Below the pieces are notes generated by a model, which saw only the letters and a program-made list of their open reading frames with translations, made no database searches and was not told where the DNA came from. Below, piece by piece: positions 20,845 to 30,862 of a stretch of 64,000 nucleotides of DNA; within the stretch, counting starts at the first letter, position 1; the number at the start of each line of letters is the position of its first letter. Origin of the DNA: Promethearchaeia archaeon (GTDB lineage Archaea; Asgardarchaeota; Lokiarchaeia; Sigyniarchaeales; SOKP01). The position numbers and the translations under genes were made by a program. The stretch is taken from positions 25,459 through 89,458 of the forward strand of contig JAHQWL010000088.1 in NCBI GenBank assembly GCA_029856155.1, given 5' to 3'.

Positions 20845-21966
20845 ATGCCAAATGTAAAAATAAGAAATTTAGTAAAGAAATATGGAGATATTTATGCACT
20901 GGATAAAATAAACTTAGATATAAACGATGGTGAACTATTCATATTACTTGGCCCATCTGGTTGTGGAAAAACAACAACTCTCTTTAGTGTCGCAGGGTTG
21001 ATTAAACCTGATGAAGGTGAAATATGGTTTGGAGACCATTTGATTACTAGTGCTGAGAGGAATTACATTGAAAGACCTCAAGATAGAAATATTGCTATGG
21101 TTTTTCAAGACTATGCTATCTACCCTCATTTGACTGTTTTTAAAAATATTGCCTTCCCATTACAAATTATAAATCTAAGTAGAGATGAAATTAAAAAAAG
21201 AGTTTTTGATACAGCAAAAAGTCTTGGAATAGAAGATCTTCTAGAAAGGAAGCCAAAACAACTTAGTGGTGGCCAACGACAAAGAGTAGCTTTAGCCAGG
21301 GCAATTGTTAGGGAGCCTAATGTATTTTTGATGGATGAACCTCTTTCTAATCTTGATGCTAAATTGAGAGTTTTTGCTAGAGCCGAACTTAAAAGATTGC
21401 ATAAAAAATTAGGAATTACAATTATTTATGTAACTCACGACCAGATAGAAGCACTTTCAATGGGAACTACAATTGCGATTTTAAACAAAGGAAAAATTGA
21501 ACAAGTAGGTAAACCAGATAGTATTTATAACTTTCCTAAAAATTTATTTGTTGCGGGGTTCATTGGAAGTCCTCCTATGAATATGTTAGATGGTAGTTTG
21601 AAAAAAGATAATGGAAATGCATATCTAGATTTCGGTTTTACAGAATATAAATTACTAAATGAATTACATCAAATTAATACAGTAAAACATAAGGAAATAG
21701 TGTTAGGCATTCGACCAGAAGATGTTCTTATGTCAAAAGAAATTGTTAATAATTCCGTTAGAGCAATAATTGATATTATAGAACCAATGGGGAGAGAATT
21801 TGAAATACATCTAGATCTAGGGAAAAAAATAATAATTAGTGTAATGAGAAAAATTGAGAATTTTAGAATTGGTGATGAAGTTTATCTAACTTTTAATGAT
21901 AAAAAACTCCATTTTTTTGATAAAAAAACGGGAGAAAATATATTTACATCAAATTATAATGATTAA
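20845..21966 (+). CDS. Sugar ABC transporter ATPase (MalK/MsmX type)
   Basis: GPSGCGKT, LSGGQRQR, DEPLSNLD, FIGSPPMN, TOBE tail. Confidence 0.95.
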   Translation: MPNVKIRNLVKKYGDIYALDKINLDINDGELFILLGPSGCGKTTTLFSVAGLIKPDEGEIWFGDHLITSAERNYIERPQDRNIAMVFQDYAIYPHLTVFKNIAFPLQIINLSRDEIKKRVFDTAKSLGIEDLLERKPKQLSGGQRQRVALARAIVREPNVFLMDEPLSNLDAKLRVFARAELKRLHKKLGITIIYVTHDQIEALSMGTTIAILNKGKIEQVGKPDSIYNFPKNLFVAGFIGSPPMNMLDGSLKKDNGNAYLDFGFTEYKLLNELHQINTVKHKEIVLGIRPEDVLMSKEIVNNSVRAIIDIIEPMGREFEIHLDLGKKIIISVMRKIENFRIGDEVYLTFNDKKLHFFDKKTGENIFTSNYND

Positions 21967-22008
21967 TTCCATTGGAACAAAAGATATTATTTTTTATTCC
22001 ATTCTTGT

Positions 22009-22134
22009 TTATAATGGTTTTGCTAGTATAGCTTTAACTCTATGATTTTTAAATTCCCTTGTTGGTACTGGTTTAATTAGACAAATCGTATCTGTCTTTC
22101 TCCCTGTTCCACCAATAGCAATGATCTCTCTATC
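22009..22134 (-). pseudogene. 3' fragment of a paralog of the pyruvate-kinase-C-domain gene (23693..24277)
   Basis: DREIIAIGGTGRKTDTICLIKPVPTREFKNHRVKAILAKPL* versus DDDIICIGGTGRGADTVCLIKPMTTSLFHQLRVKAILAKPL*. Confidence 0.85.
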
Positions 22135-22152
22135 AATAAAAAGGATATGCAG

Positions 22153-22542
22153 TCACATAGTTATTTCAATTCGATTTTTTTCAGGATCTAATATCGTACT
22201 TTCGAAATAACCGTCCCCCGTATATCTTGGACCACCTAAAATTTCATAACCATCATTAGCTAACCGAGTAGTCAAAGCAATTACCTTTTCCTTAGATCCT
22301 ACAGATATAGCTAAATGAATAAAACCTGTAAACTGTTTATATGGGTTATTTGAAGATTCTGGAATTGATGGCATTTGCATTAGTTCCAACCTAGTTCCAC
22401 CATCAAAGGTTAAGAAATATGACGAGAACTAATGTTTACTATTGAAGTATAGATCATTTGATTTTGCACCAAAATAAGTTTCATAAAAAATTCTAATCTT
22501 TTCCAAGTTCCTAACCCAGATTGCAATATGGTCGATTTTCAA
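22153..22542 (-). pseudogene. VOC/glyoxalase family gene interrupted by one in-frame TAG
   Basis: SD AGGTGA plus TTG at 22542; MKIDHIAIWVRNLEKIRIFYETYFGAKSN..KH*FSSYFLTFDGGTRLELMQ...GDGYFESTILDPEKNRIE; TAG at 22429-22431. Confidence 0.85.
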
Positions 22543-22649
22543 TAGAATTTCACCTTAAATAGTTTTAATTCATTTAGTCTAATCTTCTTCTAAATGCTAT
22601 CTCTTATTTTCTTTATTATTATTTCTTAAAATTAACGTATAGTAATTAT

Positions 22650-23642
22650 TTATTCTCCGGGATATTTAAAATGCCATTGAGAACGTAATATGTCCATAGT
22701 TTTCATTATTTCTAAAGTTTCATCTAATGGCATGATCTTACTTTCGATTTTATTGGTATTTAAACATTGCATTACTTCCATTGCTTCATAGTTATAACCG
22801 GTTGATTTAAACGGTATCCTAATCGTTTTTTTTGGTTTTCCCTCTAATTTCAAAATCATTTTCGTTGGATGAAAAAAGTCAGGAATTTCCAGATATCCTT
22901 TAATTCCATAGATGAAAGCATCATGTGGCATAATCAGCCTATGTGAAGAAGAAAGCATAGCAGTTTGTCCATTTTCATATTCAAATAAATAACAAGATTT
23001 TTCATCCACATTTGTTTTTCCAATATATGCGCTACTTTTAATTTTCGAAGGAGGTTGTTTATAAATCATTCTCGCAAATGAAATAGGATAGATTCCCAGA
23101 TCAAGTAATGCACCCCCTCCTAAATCAGGATTGAATGAACGGGCTTTAGGGTCTAATTCCTTTTTAATTCCAAAGTCAGCCGTAACATGTTGAATTTCTC
23201 CTAATAGGCCCTCGTCTACAAATTCATTTAATTTTACGATACAAGGTAAAAATCTTGTCCACATAGCTTCCATTAAAAATATATTATTGTTACGGGCTGT
23301 GTTAATTAACCCTTCAGCTTGTTTAGCATTCAATGTAATAGGTTTTTCACAGAGAACTGGTTTTCCGTGATTTAGACAGAGTAATGTATTTTTATAATGG
23401 AAATTATGAGTAGTTGCAATATATATAACATCCACAGCGGGATTCTTTACCAATTCTTCATAATTATTATATACATTTTTCACACCGAACATTTTACCAA
23501 AACTTTCAGCTTTTCCCTCTGTTCTAGAAGCAACACCCTCTAATATTGCATCGGGAACTACCTTTAATCCCTCAGCAAACTTATAGGCTATCCTTCCACA
23601 ACCTAAAATTCCCCATTTTATTATATTACCCATATTATTCAT
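22650..23642 (-). CDS. Gfo/Idh/MocA oxidoreductase (dihydrodiol/xylose dehydrogenase-like)
   Basis: WGILGCGRIA, LCEKP, MEAMWTRF, GGGALLDLGIY. Confidence 0.92.
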   Translation of the reverse strand: MNNMGNIIKWGILGCGRIAYKFAEGLKVVPDAILEGVASRTEGKAESFGKMFGVKNVYNNYEELVKNPAVDVIYIATTHNFHYKNTLLCLNHGKPVLCEKPITLNAKQAEGLINTARNNNIFLMEAMWTRFLPCIVKLNEFVDEGLLGEIQHVTADFGIKKELDPKARSFNPDLGGGALLDLGIYPISFARMIYKQPPSKIKSSAYIGKTNVDEKSCYLFEYENGQTAMLSSSHRLIMPHDAFIYGIKGYLEIPDFFHPTKMILKLEGKPKKTIRIPFKSTGYNYEAMEVMQCLNTNKIESKIMPLDETLEIMKTMDILRSQWHFKYPGE

Positions 23643-23692
23643 TTATTATTTTAATCGAATTTAATAGTAAAATCTTGTTATTCCCTTTTTGT

Positions 23693-24277
23693 TTATAATG
23701 GTTTTGCGAGTATCGCTTTAACTCTTAACTGATGAAATAAACTTGTAGTCATGGGTTTTATTAGGCATACTGTATCTGCTCCTCTCCCTGTCCCACCAAT
23801 ACAAATGATATCATCATCAAGATTTGAAATTAGTCCCGCATCAGCAACCATGGCTGCAATCTCCATACAAACTTTTGTACCCTGACTGAAATTTTCTCGA
23901 AGATATTTAGCCATAATCTCTACAGGAGCCCACTGCTTTAAAGACATCCGAAGGCTTCTTTCTACTGAACCAAATGCGTGTGTCGCGGAAAATACAATTA
24001 AACCGTCCTGTCTCAACTCTTTTATTAAATCCTCAGGAAATTCTTGTCTCTTTTCTGTTCCACCAAAGTAAAATGAGTGGGTAACAATTATCAGTTTATA
24101 TTTTTTAAGATCAAAGATATCTTTTGCCTTTTGAGCAGTCATACCAGTAGTGCTGGCAATTACAATCTCTTTTATACCAAATTTTTCAGCGTATTTTTTA
24201 GCAATTTCTAATGCTTTTTCAGTGTTCTGAGGCCCCCCATTTTCAAAATAAGTAACTTCAATATTTAAATCTGGCAT
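23693..24277 (-). CDS. Pyruvate kinase C-terminal (alpha/beta) domain-like protein
   Basis: YFENGGPQNT, VIASTTG, QGTKVCMEI, ADAG, GGTGRGADT. Confidence 0.8.
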   Translation of the reverse strand: MPDLNIEVTYFENGGPQNTEKALEIAKKYAEKFGIKEIVIASTTGMTAQKAKDIFDLKKYKLIIVTHSFYFGGTEKRQEFPEDLIKELRQDGLIVFSATHAFGSVERSLRMSLKQWAPVEIMAKYLRENFSQGTKVCMEIAAMVADAGLISNLDDDIICIGGTGRGADTVCLIKPMTTSLFHQLRVKAILAKPL

Positions 24278-24470
24278 ATATCATCAAAATTTTTACTTTT
24301 AATATTTAAAATATTATTTTTTTATTAGTAAAGAATATGATTCTAATTAAATGAATATTATTAAGGTCAAGGTTGTTCTTTATAAGTATTGATATAGTTT
24401 TAAAAAGATCAAAATCTAAATACATTTAATTACTTTTTAATGTAAATTTAATAACAAATGTGGATATAAT

Positions 24471-25922
24471 ATGAGCGAAAGAGAAATTTCTTTAAAAGAA
24501 AAAATATTATTTGGCACAAACGCGTTCCCAGATCAAATGACTTATCAAGCATTTACTATTTATGTGTTTACTTTTTTCTTTGCTGTTGTACATCTCAGCA
24601 TGCTTGAAATGTGGATAGGATTCGTTCTATGGGGTATTTGGAATATGTTTAACGATCCTCTTTTAGGAGCATTAAGCGAAAAAACAAAACAAAAAGGTAG
24701 ATTGGGAAAACGTAAATTTTATTTGATAATTTCATTTATCCCGCTCGCGTTGATAATGATTTTTCTTTTTACAGTAATTCCAAGGGACCCACTTAGTACC
24801 TCACAGTTTACTTTTCATTTCTGGTATTTTATGTTAATAATTTTCACCTTTGAATTCTTTTATACAATGTTTTCAGTAAATACAAATGCTGTATTCCCCG
24901 AAATGTTTCCCACAGAAAAACAAAGAGGCGATGTAAACGTATTTATAAAAGCCTTTACTATGGTTGCTGTAATACTTGCTTCATTAATTCCTACATTTAT
25001 CGTAACTCCTTCTTTAGTTCCAACAACTGATCCATTAGTTGATCCAGTAACTTACGCAGCAGAAGTTGCTAGTATTCAGAATAAATATATTATTTCTGGT
25101 ATAGTATTAGCTGTAATAATATTGATCACAGCAATTTTGTTTATTTTCTTTGGTGTGAAAGAAAAAGAAGAACAAATAAGTGATTTTGAAAAAAGACCAG
25201 GATTTTTCGAATCATTGAAAATAACATTTTCAAATAGAACATTTATAAAATTCACACTTGGAAATATGCTTATTTGGTATTGCTTTAATATATTATTAAC
25301 AATATTTCCACTCTACGCTGTCTACGTACTGGGAAGAACTAAAGGAACCTCATTAATTGGCATTACATTGATGTTAGCGCTATTATCTGCAGCATTTCTT
25401 ATGCCTATTCAAGCAAGGATTAGAAAAAGATACGGTACTCGTAAAGGATTAATGATTGGCTTGGGAATATGGATAATCACTTTATTTCCCCTAGTTCTTT
25501 TATCAAATAATGAAATAAGTAGAACATTATCATTATTTGTCTTTATAACGATAGGATTTGGCTTATCAGCTGCGCTATTTTTTATTGATATAATTCACGG
25601 TGATGTAATTGATCAAGATGCACTTAAATTTGGCATAAAAAGAGCAGCTAGCTATTATGGTGTAAATGCTTTTATCCATCGTTTTTCAATGATACTTGGA
25701 ATTACAACTATTTATATTATCTTTTCGGGAACTGGATGGAGTAGTTATGTACCTGTTGTTGCTGATCCATTATTAAGAGAAATTGGTATAAAAGCTTTGA
25801 TGTTTCTGTTTCCTTCAATAGCTCTTATTGGATCAATTCTCTTCTTTAAATTTTACGATTTACATGGTGAAAAGCTTGAAAAAATGAGACAGGAATTAGA
25901 AAAACATCCCGAATTAAAGTAA
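24471..25922 (+). CDS. MFS transporter, GPH/MelB-like family
   Basis: WNMFNDPLLGALSE..GRLGKRK; about 12 TM; DVIDQD..G.KRAASYYG. Confidence 0.88.
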   Translation: MSEREISLKEKILFGTNAFPDQMTYQAFTIYVFTFFFAVVHLSMLEMWIGFVLWGIWNMFNDPLLGALSEKTKQKGRLGKRKFYLIISFIPLALIMIFLFTVIPRDPLSTSQFTFHFWYFMLIIFTFEFFYTMFSVNTNAVFPEMFPTEKQRGDVNVFIKAFTMVAVILASLIPTFIVTPSLVPTTDPLVDPVTYAAEVASIQNKYIISGIVLAVIILITAILFIFFGVKEKEEQISDFEKRPGFFESLKITFSNRTFIKFTLGNMLIWYCFNILLTIFPLYAVYVLGRTKGTSLIGITLMLALLSAAFLMPIQARIRKRYGTRKGLMIGLGIWIITLFPLVLLSNNEISRTLSLFVFITIGFGLSAALFFIDIIHGDVIDQDALKFGIKRAASYYGVNAFIHRFSMILGITTIYIIFSGTGWSSYVPVVADPLLREIGIKALMFLFPSIALIGSILFFKFYDLHGEKLEKMRQELEKHPELK

Positions 25923-25937
25923 ATATTTTTTTTTTTT

Positions 25938-26852
25938 TTATCTTAATCCTAATTTTTCCCTGGTTTCATCAACAGTAGCGGGATCTCTCCCAAGTTCTTT
26001 GGTTAATCGAACCATCCTTTTTACTAACTGAGCATTACTCTCTACCATTTCTCCTTTCTGATAATATAAAATATCTTCAAGCCCAGTCCGGACATTTCCC
26101 CCCATACAAAGAGCAATCGTTGTTGTTCGAAGATTTAATTTGCCTACAGTAACTACTTGCCAAGTGGATCCTTCTGGTAATAAATCAACCATGTTTAATA
26201 AATTTCTAATTGTTGCTGGTGCTCCTCCTCCGATACCTAAAACAATACTAAAGTGAAGTGGAGGTTCAAGAACCTTGAATCTTGAGACTAACGTCTCAAT
26301 ATTGGTAATATGACTTGTATCATATACTTCAATCTCAATCCCAAAACCCTTTTTATTACAGCGCTCAACATATCGTTTATTGAAAGACAATGGATTATCA
26401 AAAGTATGGTTACCATATTTAGTTTGAAATTCAAAGGTACCAGCGTTAATAGTATGCATATCTGGTGGAGGATCTATATTGAGAAGATTTAACCGTTCTT
26501 TAAGAGTGGGCATAACAATGGTTTGACCGTATTTCCGTCCTTTACTACTAGTTTTAGTACCATATGCTATGCGGGCACCTATTCCATTCCCAATTTGAAC
26601 AATAATTGGACACTTTTCACGTATGAGCTTAACAGCTTTATTATAATATTTGAGATCCGGTGTATTTTGTCCGTCTTCGCCACGAACATGAAGATGTATT
26701 ATTGAAGCACCTGCTTCATAACATTCCAATGCATCTTGAGCTTGCTCTTCAGGAGTTATAGGTATTGCTGGATTTGCCCATTTTCCTTGAATTCCTCCTG
26801 TAATTGCTGCTGTTATAATTACTTTTTCATCTGTAAGTAAATTTGGTTTCAT
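25938..26852 (-). CDS. Beta-keto acid cleavage enzyme (Kce/DUF849 family)
   Basis: IITAAITG, PITPEE, HLHVR, NVRTGLED. Confidence 0.9.
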   Translation of the reverse strand: MKPNLLTDEKVIITAAITGGIQGKWANPAIPITPEEQAQDALECYEAGASIIHLHVRGEDGQNTPDLKYYNKAVKLIREKCPIIVQIGNGIGARIAYGTKTSSKGRKYGQTIVMPTLKERLNLLNIDPPPDMHTINAGTFEFQTKYGNHTFDNPLSFNKRYVERCNKKGFGIEIEVYDTSHITNIETLVSRFKVLEPPLHFSIVLGIGGGAPATIRNLLNMVDLLPEGSTWQVVTVGKLNLRTTTIALCMGGNVRTGLEDILYYQKGEMVESNAQLVKRMVRLTKELGRDPATVDETREKLGLR

Positions 26853-27051
26853 TTTTTAAACCTTTTATTTAATTATTAGCAATTTTATTATTTGTTACGG
26901 TTGTTTATGTTAATTGTAATAATAATCTCTTTCATTTAATTCTCATGATTTAGAAAAAATTCAGTTTTATATTAAAATAAATAAAAGATAAATATAATTT
27001 TGGAATTAAATACCTTATCGTAATTATAATAAATTTAGAATCACTCTAATC

Positions 27052-28824
27052 ATGCCCAATTATACTCCTAAAGAAGCTGAATTCTATGCTCGTTTTGGTG
27101 AACAAATGCAAAAGGCTCTAACTAATCCAAATCAGAGTATAGCCACATCTATTGAAGAGTTGGCAAAAAACATGCCAAAAAAAAAGGCTTTACTATATGA
27201 AGATTCTTCTTGGACTTGGCAAGAATTTAATGAAGAAAGCAATATAATCGCAAACCATTTTCTTAATTCAGGATTAGAACCAAATGATACTGTTGCTTTA
27301 ATGCTTGAAAATTCACCTGAATACCTCTTTTATACAACTGGAATTAATAAACTGCAAGGGATTAGTGCGTTAATTAATTTTAATCTTAGGAAACAAGCAT
27401 TAATCCATTCTTTTAAATTGGCAGAACCAAGGTGGATAATTGTTGATGGTGATAGTTTACCTTACTTTATTGAAATTGTTGAGGATTTAGATTATCCCTA
27501 TGAGAATATTTATGTTATTAATAACAATAAGAATAATCCTCATGATTTTACTAACTTACAAACTATCACTAAAAACTTATCCAGAACTAATCCTGATACT
27601 ACTTATAATTCAATTTTACATCAAACTGCATTGTATATTTACACTTCAGGCACAACAGGTCTCCCTAAAGCCTGTGTAATGGAAAATTTTAAACTATTTA
27701 CTCAAGGTAACTTCTTAGGAATAGCTTTTGCAAAAACGGATATAAACGATATTGTATATATCCCAACCCCACTTTACCATAATTTAGCTATAGGCGTTGC
27801 CTGGCCAGCTATTTCTCAAACTGGTGCTACTCTAGCAATAAGAAAACGTTTTTCTGCCTCTGAATACTGGAAAGATATCCATAAATTTCAAGCGACTTGT
27901 AGCATCTATGTTGGTGAAATCCCTCGATATCTTCTCAATCAACCACCCTCTGAATATGAAAAAAATCATACACTCAAAAAGATGTTAGGATTAGGCCTCC
28001 GAAAGGAGATATGGGAGAGATTTCAATCTCGTTTTCAGATTGGACATATATACGAATTTTATGGATTAACTGAGGGTCATCGATCTCTTATTAATGTTGA
28101 GGAAATTCCCGGAATGATAGGGAGATTAACTCAATCTGGATTAATTTTAGTGAAAGTTAATCCTGAAACAGGTGAATTTTACAGAAATGAGAGAGGTTAT
28201 TGTATCAAATGCAAACCAGGTGATATTGGAATGGTTTTGCTTAAAATTGATAAGGGAACCTTTTTCATGGGGTACACAGATAAAGAAAAAACAGAAGACA
28301 AATTTCTACATGATGTTTTTTTAAAAGATGATACTTATTTTAATACCAATGATATGTTAATGCTTCATGATGACCTTTGGGTATCGTTTGCAGATCGATT
28401 CGGTGATACTTACCGATGGAAAGGTGAAAATGTATCTACTCTTGAAATAGAATCCATTCTAAATTCTTATCCATCAATTTATATGTCCGCTGTTTATGGT
28501 GTTTCTATTCCAAATACAGAAGGAAAAGCTGGAATGGCTGCAATTAAATTAAATCCCTCTTTGAAGTTTGAAATTGATAATTTTTCTCAATTTATTGCAG
28601 ATGTTTTTCCAGTTTATTCTATTCCTGTCTTTATTCGAATTTGTGAAGATGAACTAGAAATTACAGGCCCCTATAAAATAAAGAAAACTAACATACTTCG
28701 AGAAGCATATCATATTGACTTAATCACTGATAAAGTATATCTATGGAATCAACAGGACAAAATCTATATTTCGTTGGATAATGATATATATCAGAAATTA
28801 ATTAATGGGCAGTTGAGAATATAA
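27052..28824 (+). CDS. Long-chain fatty acyl-CoA ligase, FATP/FadD6 type
   Basis: YIYTSGTTGLPK, YVGEIPRYL, EFYGLTE, DRFGDTYRWKGENVST, EGKAGMA. Confidence 0.92.
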   Translation: MPNYTPKEAEFYARFGEQMQKALTNPNQSIATSIEELAKNMPKKKALLYEDSSWTWQEFNEESNIIANHFLNSGLEPNDTVALMLENSPEYLFYTTGINKLQGISALINFNLRKQALIHSFKLAEPRWIIVDGDSLPYFIEIVEDLDYPYENIYVINNNKNNPHDFTNLQTITKNLSRTNPDTTYNSILHQTALYIYTSGTTGLPKACVMENFKLFTQGNFLGIAFAKTDINDIVYIPTPLYHNLAIGVAWPAISQTGATLAIRKRFSASEYWKDIHKFQATCSIYVGEIPRYLLNQPPSEYEKNHTLKKMLGLGLRKEIWERFQSRFQIGHIYEFYGLTEGHRSLINVEEIPGMIGRLTQSGLILVKVNPETGEFYRNERGYCIKCKPGDIGMVLLKIDKGTFFMGYTDKEKTEDKFLHDVFLKDDTYFNTNDMLMLHDDLWVSFADRFGDTYRWKGENVSTLEIESILNSYPSIYMSAVYGVSIPNTEGKAGMAAIKLNPSLKFEIDNFSQFIADVFPVYSIPVFIRICEDELEITGPYKIKKTNILREAYHIDLITDKVYLWNQQDKIYISLDNDIYQKLINGQLRI

Positions 28825-28850
28825 AAAAAAATTTTTTTGGAGATATAATT

Positions 28851-29723
28851 TTGAAAAATCTTTTAGATGGAAAATATGCATTAATTACGGGTGGTGGAAG
28901 AGGAATTGGAAAAGCAGTCGCTCTTGAGTATGCAAGAAATGGTGCTAACATCGCAATTACAGCTTTAGAAGAAAATGAGTTACTTGCAGTTGTTGATGAC
29001 ATCAAAAAGTATGGTGTGGAAGGGATTTCCATTCCTGCTGACTTGACAAATGTTGAAGAAGTAAAATTAGTCGTAGAAATGTATTTTAAGAATTTTAAGA
29101 AATGCGATATTTTAGTAAACAATGCAGGGATGTCATATTATTGCTCAATGTTAGATGTATCCCTCGAGAAAGCAATAAAATTATTTAATCTTAATCTTAT
29201 TGCCTATTATGCAATAATTAAATTAATACTTCCTAAAATGGTTGAACAACAAAGAGGAAATATCATCATGACGGCTTCTGTTCATGGAAATATGTTTTTT
29301 AATCCAAATCAAGTAGCTTATTCTTCTACAAAAGCAGGAGTTTCTGCTATGGGAAAATGTCTTCATAATGAATTAAATCCATTTAATATCCAGGTAAATG
29401 TAATTCTTCCAGGAGCAATTCAAACTAAATTATATGAAGATAGTGCAGAACGAGGACAATTAGCACCTAAACCAATCTCTCCTGAAGCAATTGCTCCGAT
29501 ATACGTTTTTCTTGCAAGTGATTTATCATTTAAGCGGTACCAAGGAAAGATAATAAATCAAATGTTGCTCTTTGATCTTTTACCTAAAATTAAGAAAGAA
29601 GTGAATAACACAGATTTTAAAATTAGAGCTATAACCAAATCTATGAAAAGTAAACTAAGGAAAGGTGAATACAGTTTATTACGAAAAAATCAAGAATTAA
29701 TAGATTTTCTAATTAAATATTGA
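28851..29723 (+). CDS. Short-chain dehydrogenase/reductase
   Basis: TGGGRGIG, NNAG, YSSTK, PG. Confidence 0.92.
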   Translation: MKNLLDGKYALITGGGRGIGKAVALEYARNGANIAITALEENELLAVVDDIKKYGVEGISIPADLTNVEEVKLVVEMYFKNFKKCDILVNNAGMSYYCSMLDVSLEKAIKLFNLNLIAYYAIIKLILPKMVEQQRGNIIMTASVHGNMFFNPNQVAYSSTKAGVSAMGKCLHNELNPFNIQVNVILPGAIQTKLYEDSAERGQLAPKPISPEAIAPIYVFLASDLSFKRYQGKIINQMLLFDLLPKIKKEVNNTDFKIRAITKSMKSKLRKGEYSLLRKNQELIDFLIKY

Positions 29724-30436
29724 ATTTACATTCTGTATGTGGAATAATTATGAAGGAAATACTGACTAAAATGGAAAAAGATGCACTTTTAACTCATTTA
29801 GTTTTCGTAATTATATGTGTAATCTTAATTCTTGTGCCCTTTGGTTTTGGTATGGGTTTAAAATTGTTTTTACTAGTAATAATCTATAATATAATGATTG
29901 GATTTGTAAGTATTTGGCGGAAATATGAAATCTGGATAAATATTTGGCTTTTTGTATTAATACTTAGTATATTTCAACTATTCCCAGATTGGTTTTTATC
30001 TGCTGAACTTGGCATTTTGGTATTTCCTGAAGATGGATTCATTAAAGTTGGAACTGTCTCACTATACATGATGGGTTTATGGTCTCTACCGTTATTTTTA
30101 ATTACATTTATTGGAACTAGTTTTCAAGAACGGTATTCAAAATTAATTACATATTTGACTGTGACATTAATGACATTGATTATATTTGGATTAGCTGAAC
30201 AAACAATGTGGATGCTTCAATCTTGGTATGCACAAAATGTAGTTATGATTGGGCATGTAGCATTATATATAATTATTCCAGAGGTTATCCTTGGTTTATC
30301 AACCTATTTAGGATATAAAATAATTCAACAGAAAAACCATTTCTTTAAAATTCCAGTTGCATTTACTATAATGCTTTTATATCTTGGAAGTGCGACATTC
30401 TTTTATTTCTTAATTGAACAAGTGTTATTAGGGTAA
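29720..30436 (+). CDS. Conserved multi-pass membrane protein
   Basis: About 7 hydrophobic segments; FPDWFLSAELGILVFP motif; the start may be a downstream ATG. Confidence 0.65.
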   Translation: MNLHSVCGIIMKEILTKMEKDALLTHLVFVIICVILILVPFGFGMGLKLFLLVIIYNIMIGFVSIWRKYEIWINIWLFVLILSIFQLFPDWFLSAELGILVFPEDGFIKVGTVSLYMMGLWSLPLFLITFIGTSFQERYSKLITYLTVTLMTLIIFGLAEQTMWMLQSWYAQNVVMIGHVALYIIIPEVILGLSTYLGYKIIQQKNHFFKIPVAFTIMLLYLGSATFFYFLIEQVLLG

Positions 30437-30549
30437 AAAGAAACTTAAAATTAAAGTATTCAATATTGATAATTTAGAGATTATTGAAGATTTTTAAGTA
30501 TTAAAGTTAATATTAAATTAAAAAAAAATAAAAAGAGGAGAAATAAAAA

Positions 30550-30783
30550 TTGACTCTATGTTTTGTTTTAATGAATGTTCAAGCGGGATTTGTAGAACCT
30601 GTAGTTCGTGGTTTAGAAAAAATACCTGAAGTTAAAGAAAGTTATCCAGTTACCGGAGGTATTGACATAATTGTTAAAGTAGAAGGCCCAGATGTAGAAA
30701 CAATTGCAAAAACAATTCTAGCGAAAATCCATAGTCTTCCGGGCGTTAACCGTACAGAAACTCATATTGTTGTGCCATTATAA
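30550..30783 (+). CDS. Stand-alone Lrp/AsnC ligand-binding (RAM) domain
   Basis: EVKESYPVTGGIDIIVKV...GVNRTET; no HTH; SD GAGGAG upstream. Confidence 0.85.
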   Translation: MTLCFVLMNVQAGFVEPVVRGLEKIPEVKESYPVTGGIDIIVKVEGPDVETIAKTILAKIHSLPGVNRTETHIVVPL

Positions 30784-30862
30784 ACTCTATAAATCTAGAA
30801 CAGTGCTATTATAAGCATTAAAAGAAAAAAAAAGAAGTTAATTGGATTTTTCTTAAAATATT

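Noticed and set aside
22429-22431. In-frame TAG as pyrrolysine or stop-codon reassignment
   Set aside because: TAG is the natural stop of several intact genes here (for example those ending at 5024, 20834, 32703 and 51765), and no pyl genes are in the window.
13781-23818. Variable region as an integrated mobile element
   Set aside because: No integrase, transposase, terminal inverted repeats or exact att duplication was seen; there are only diverged gene fragments.
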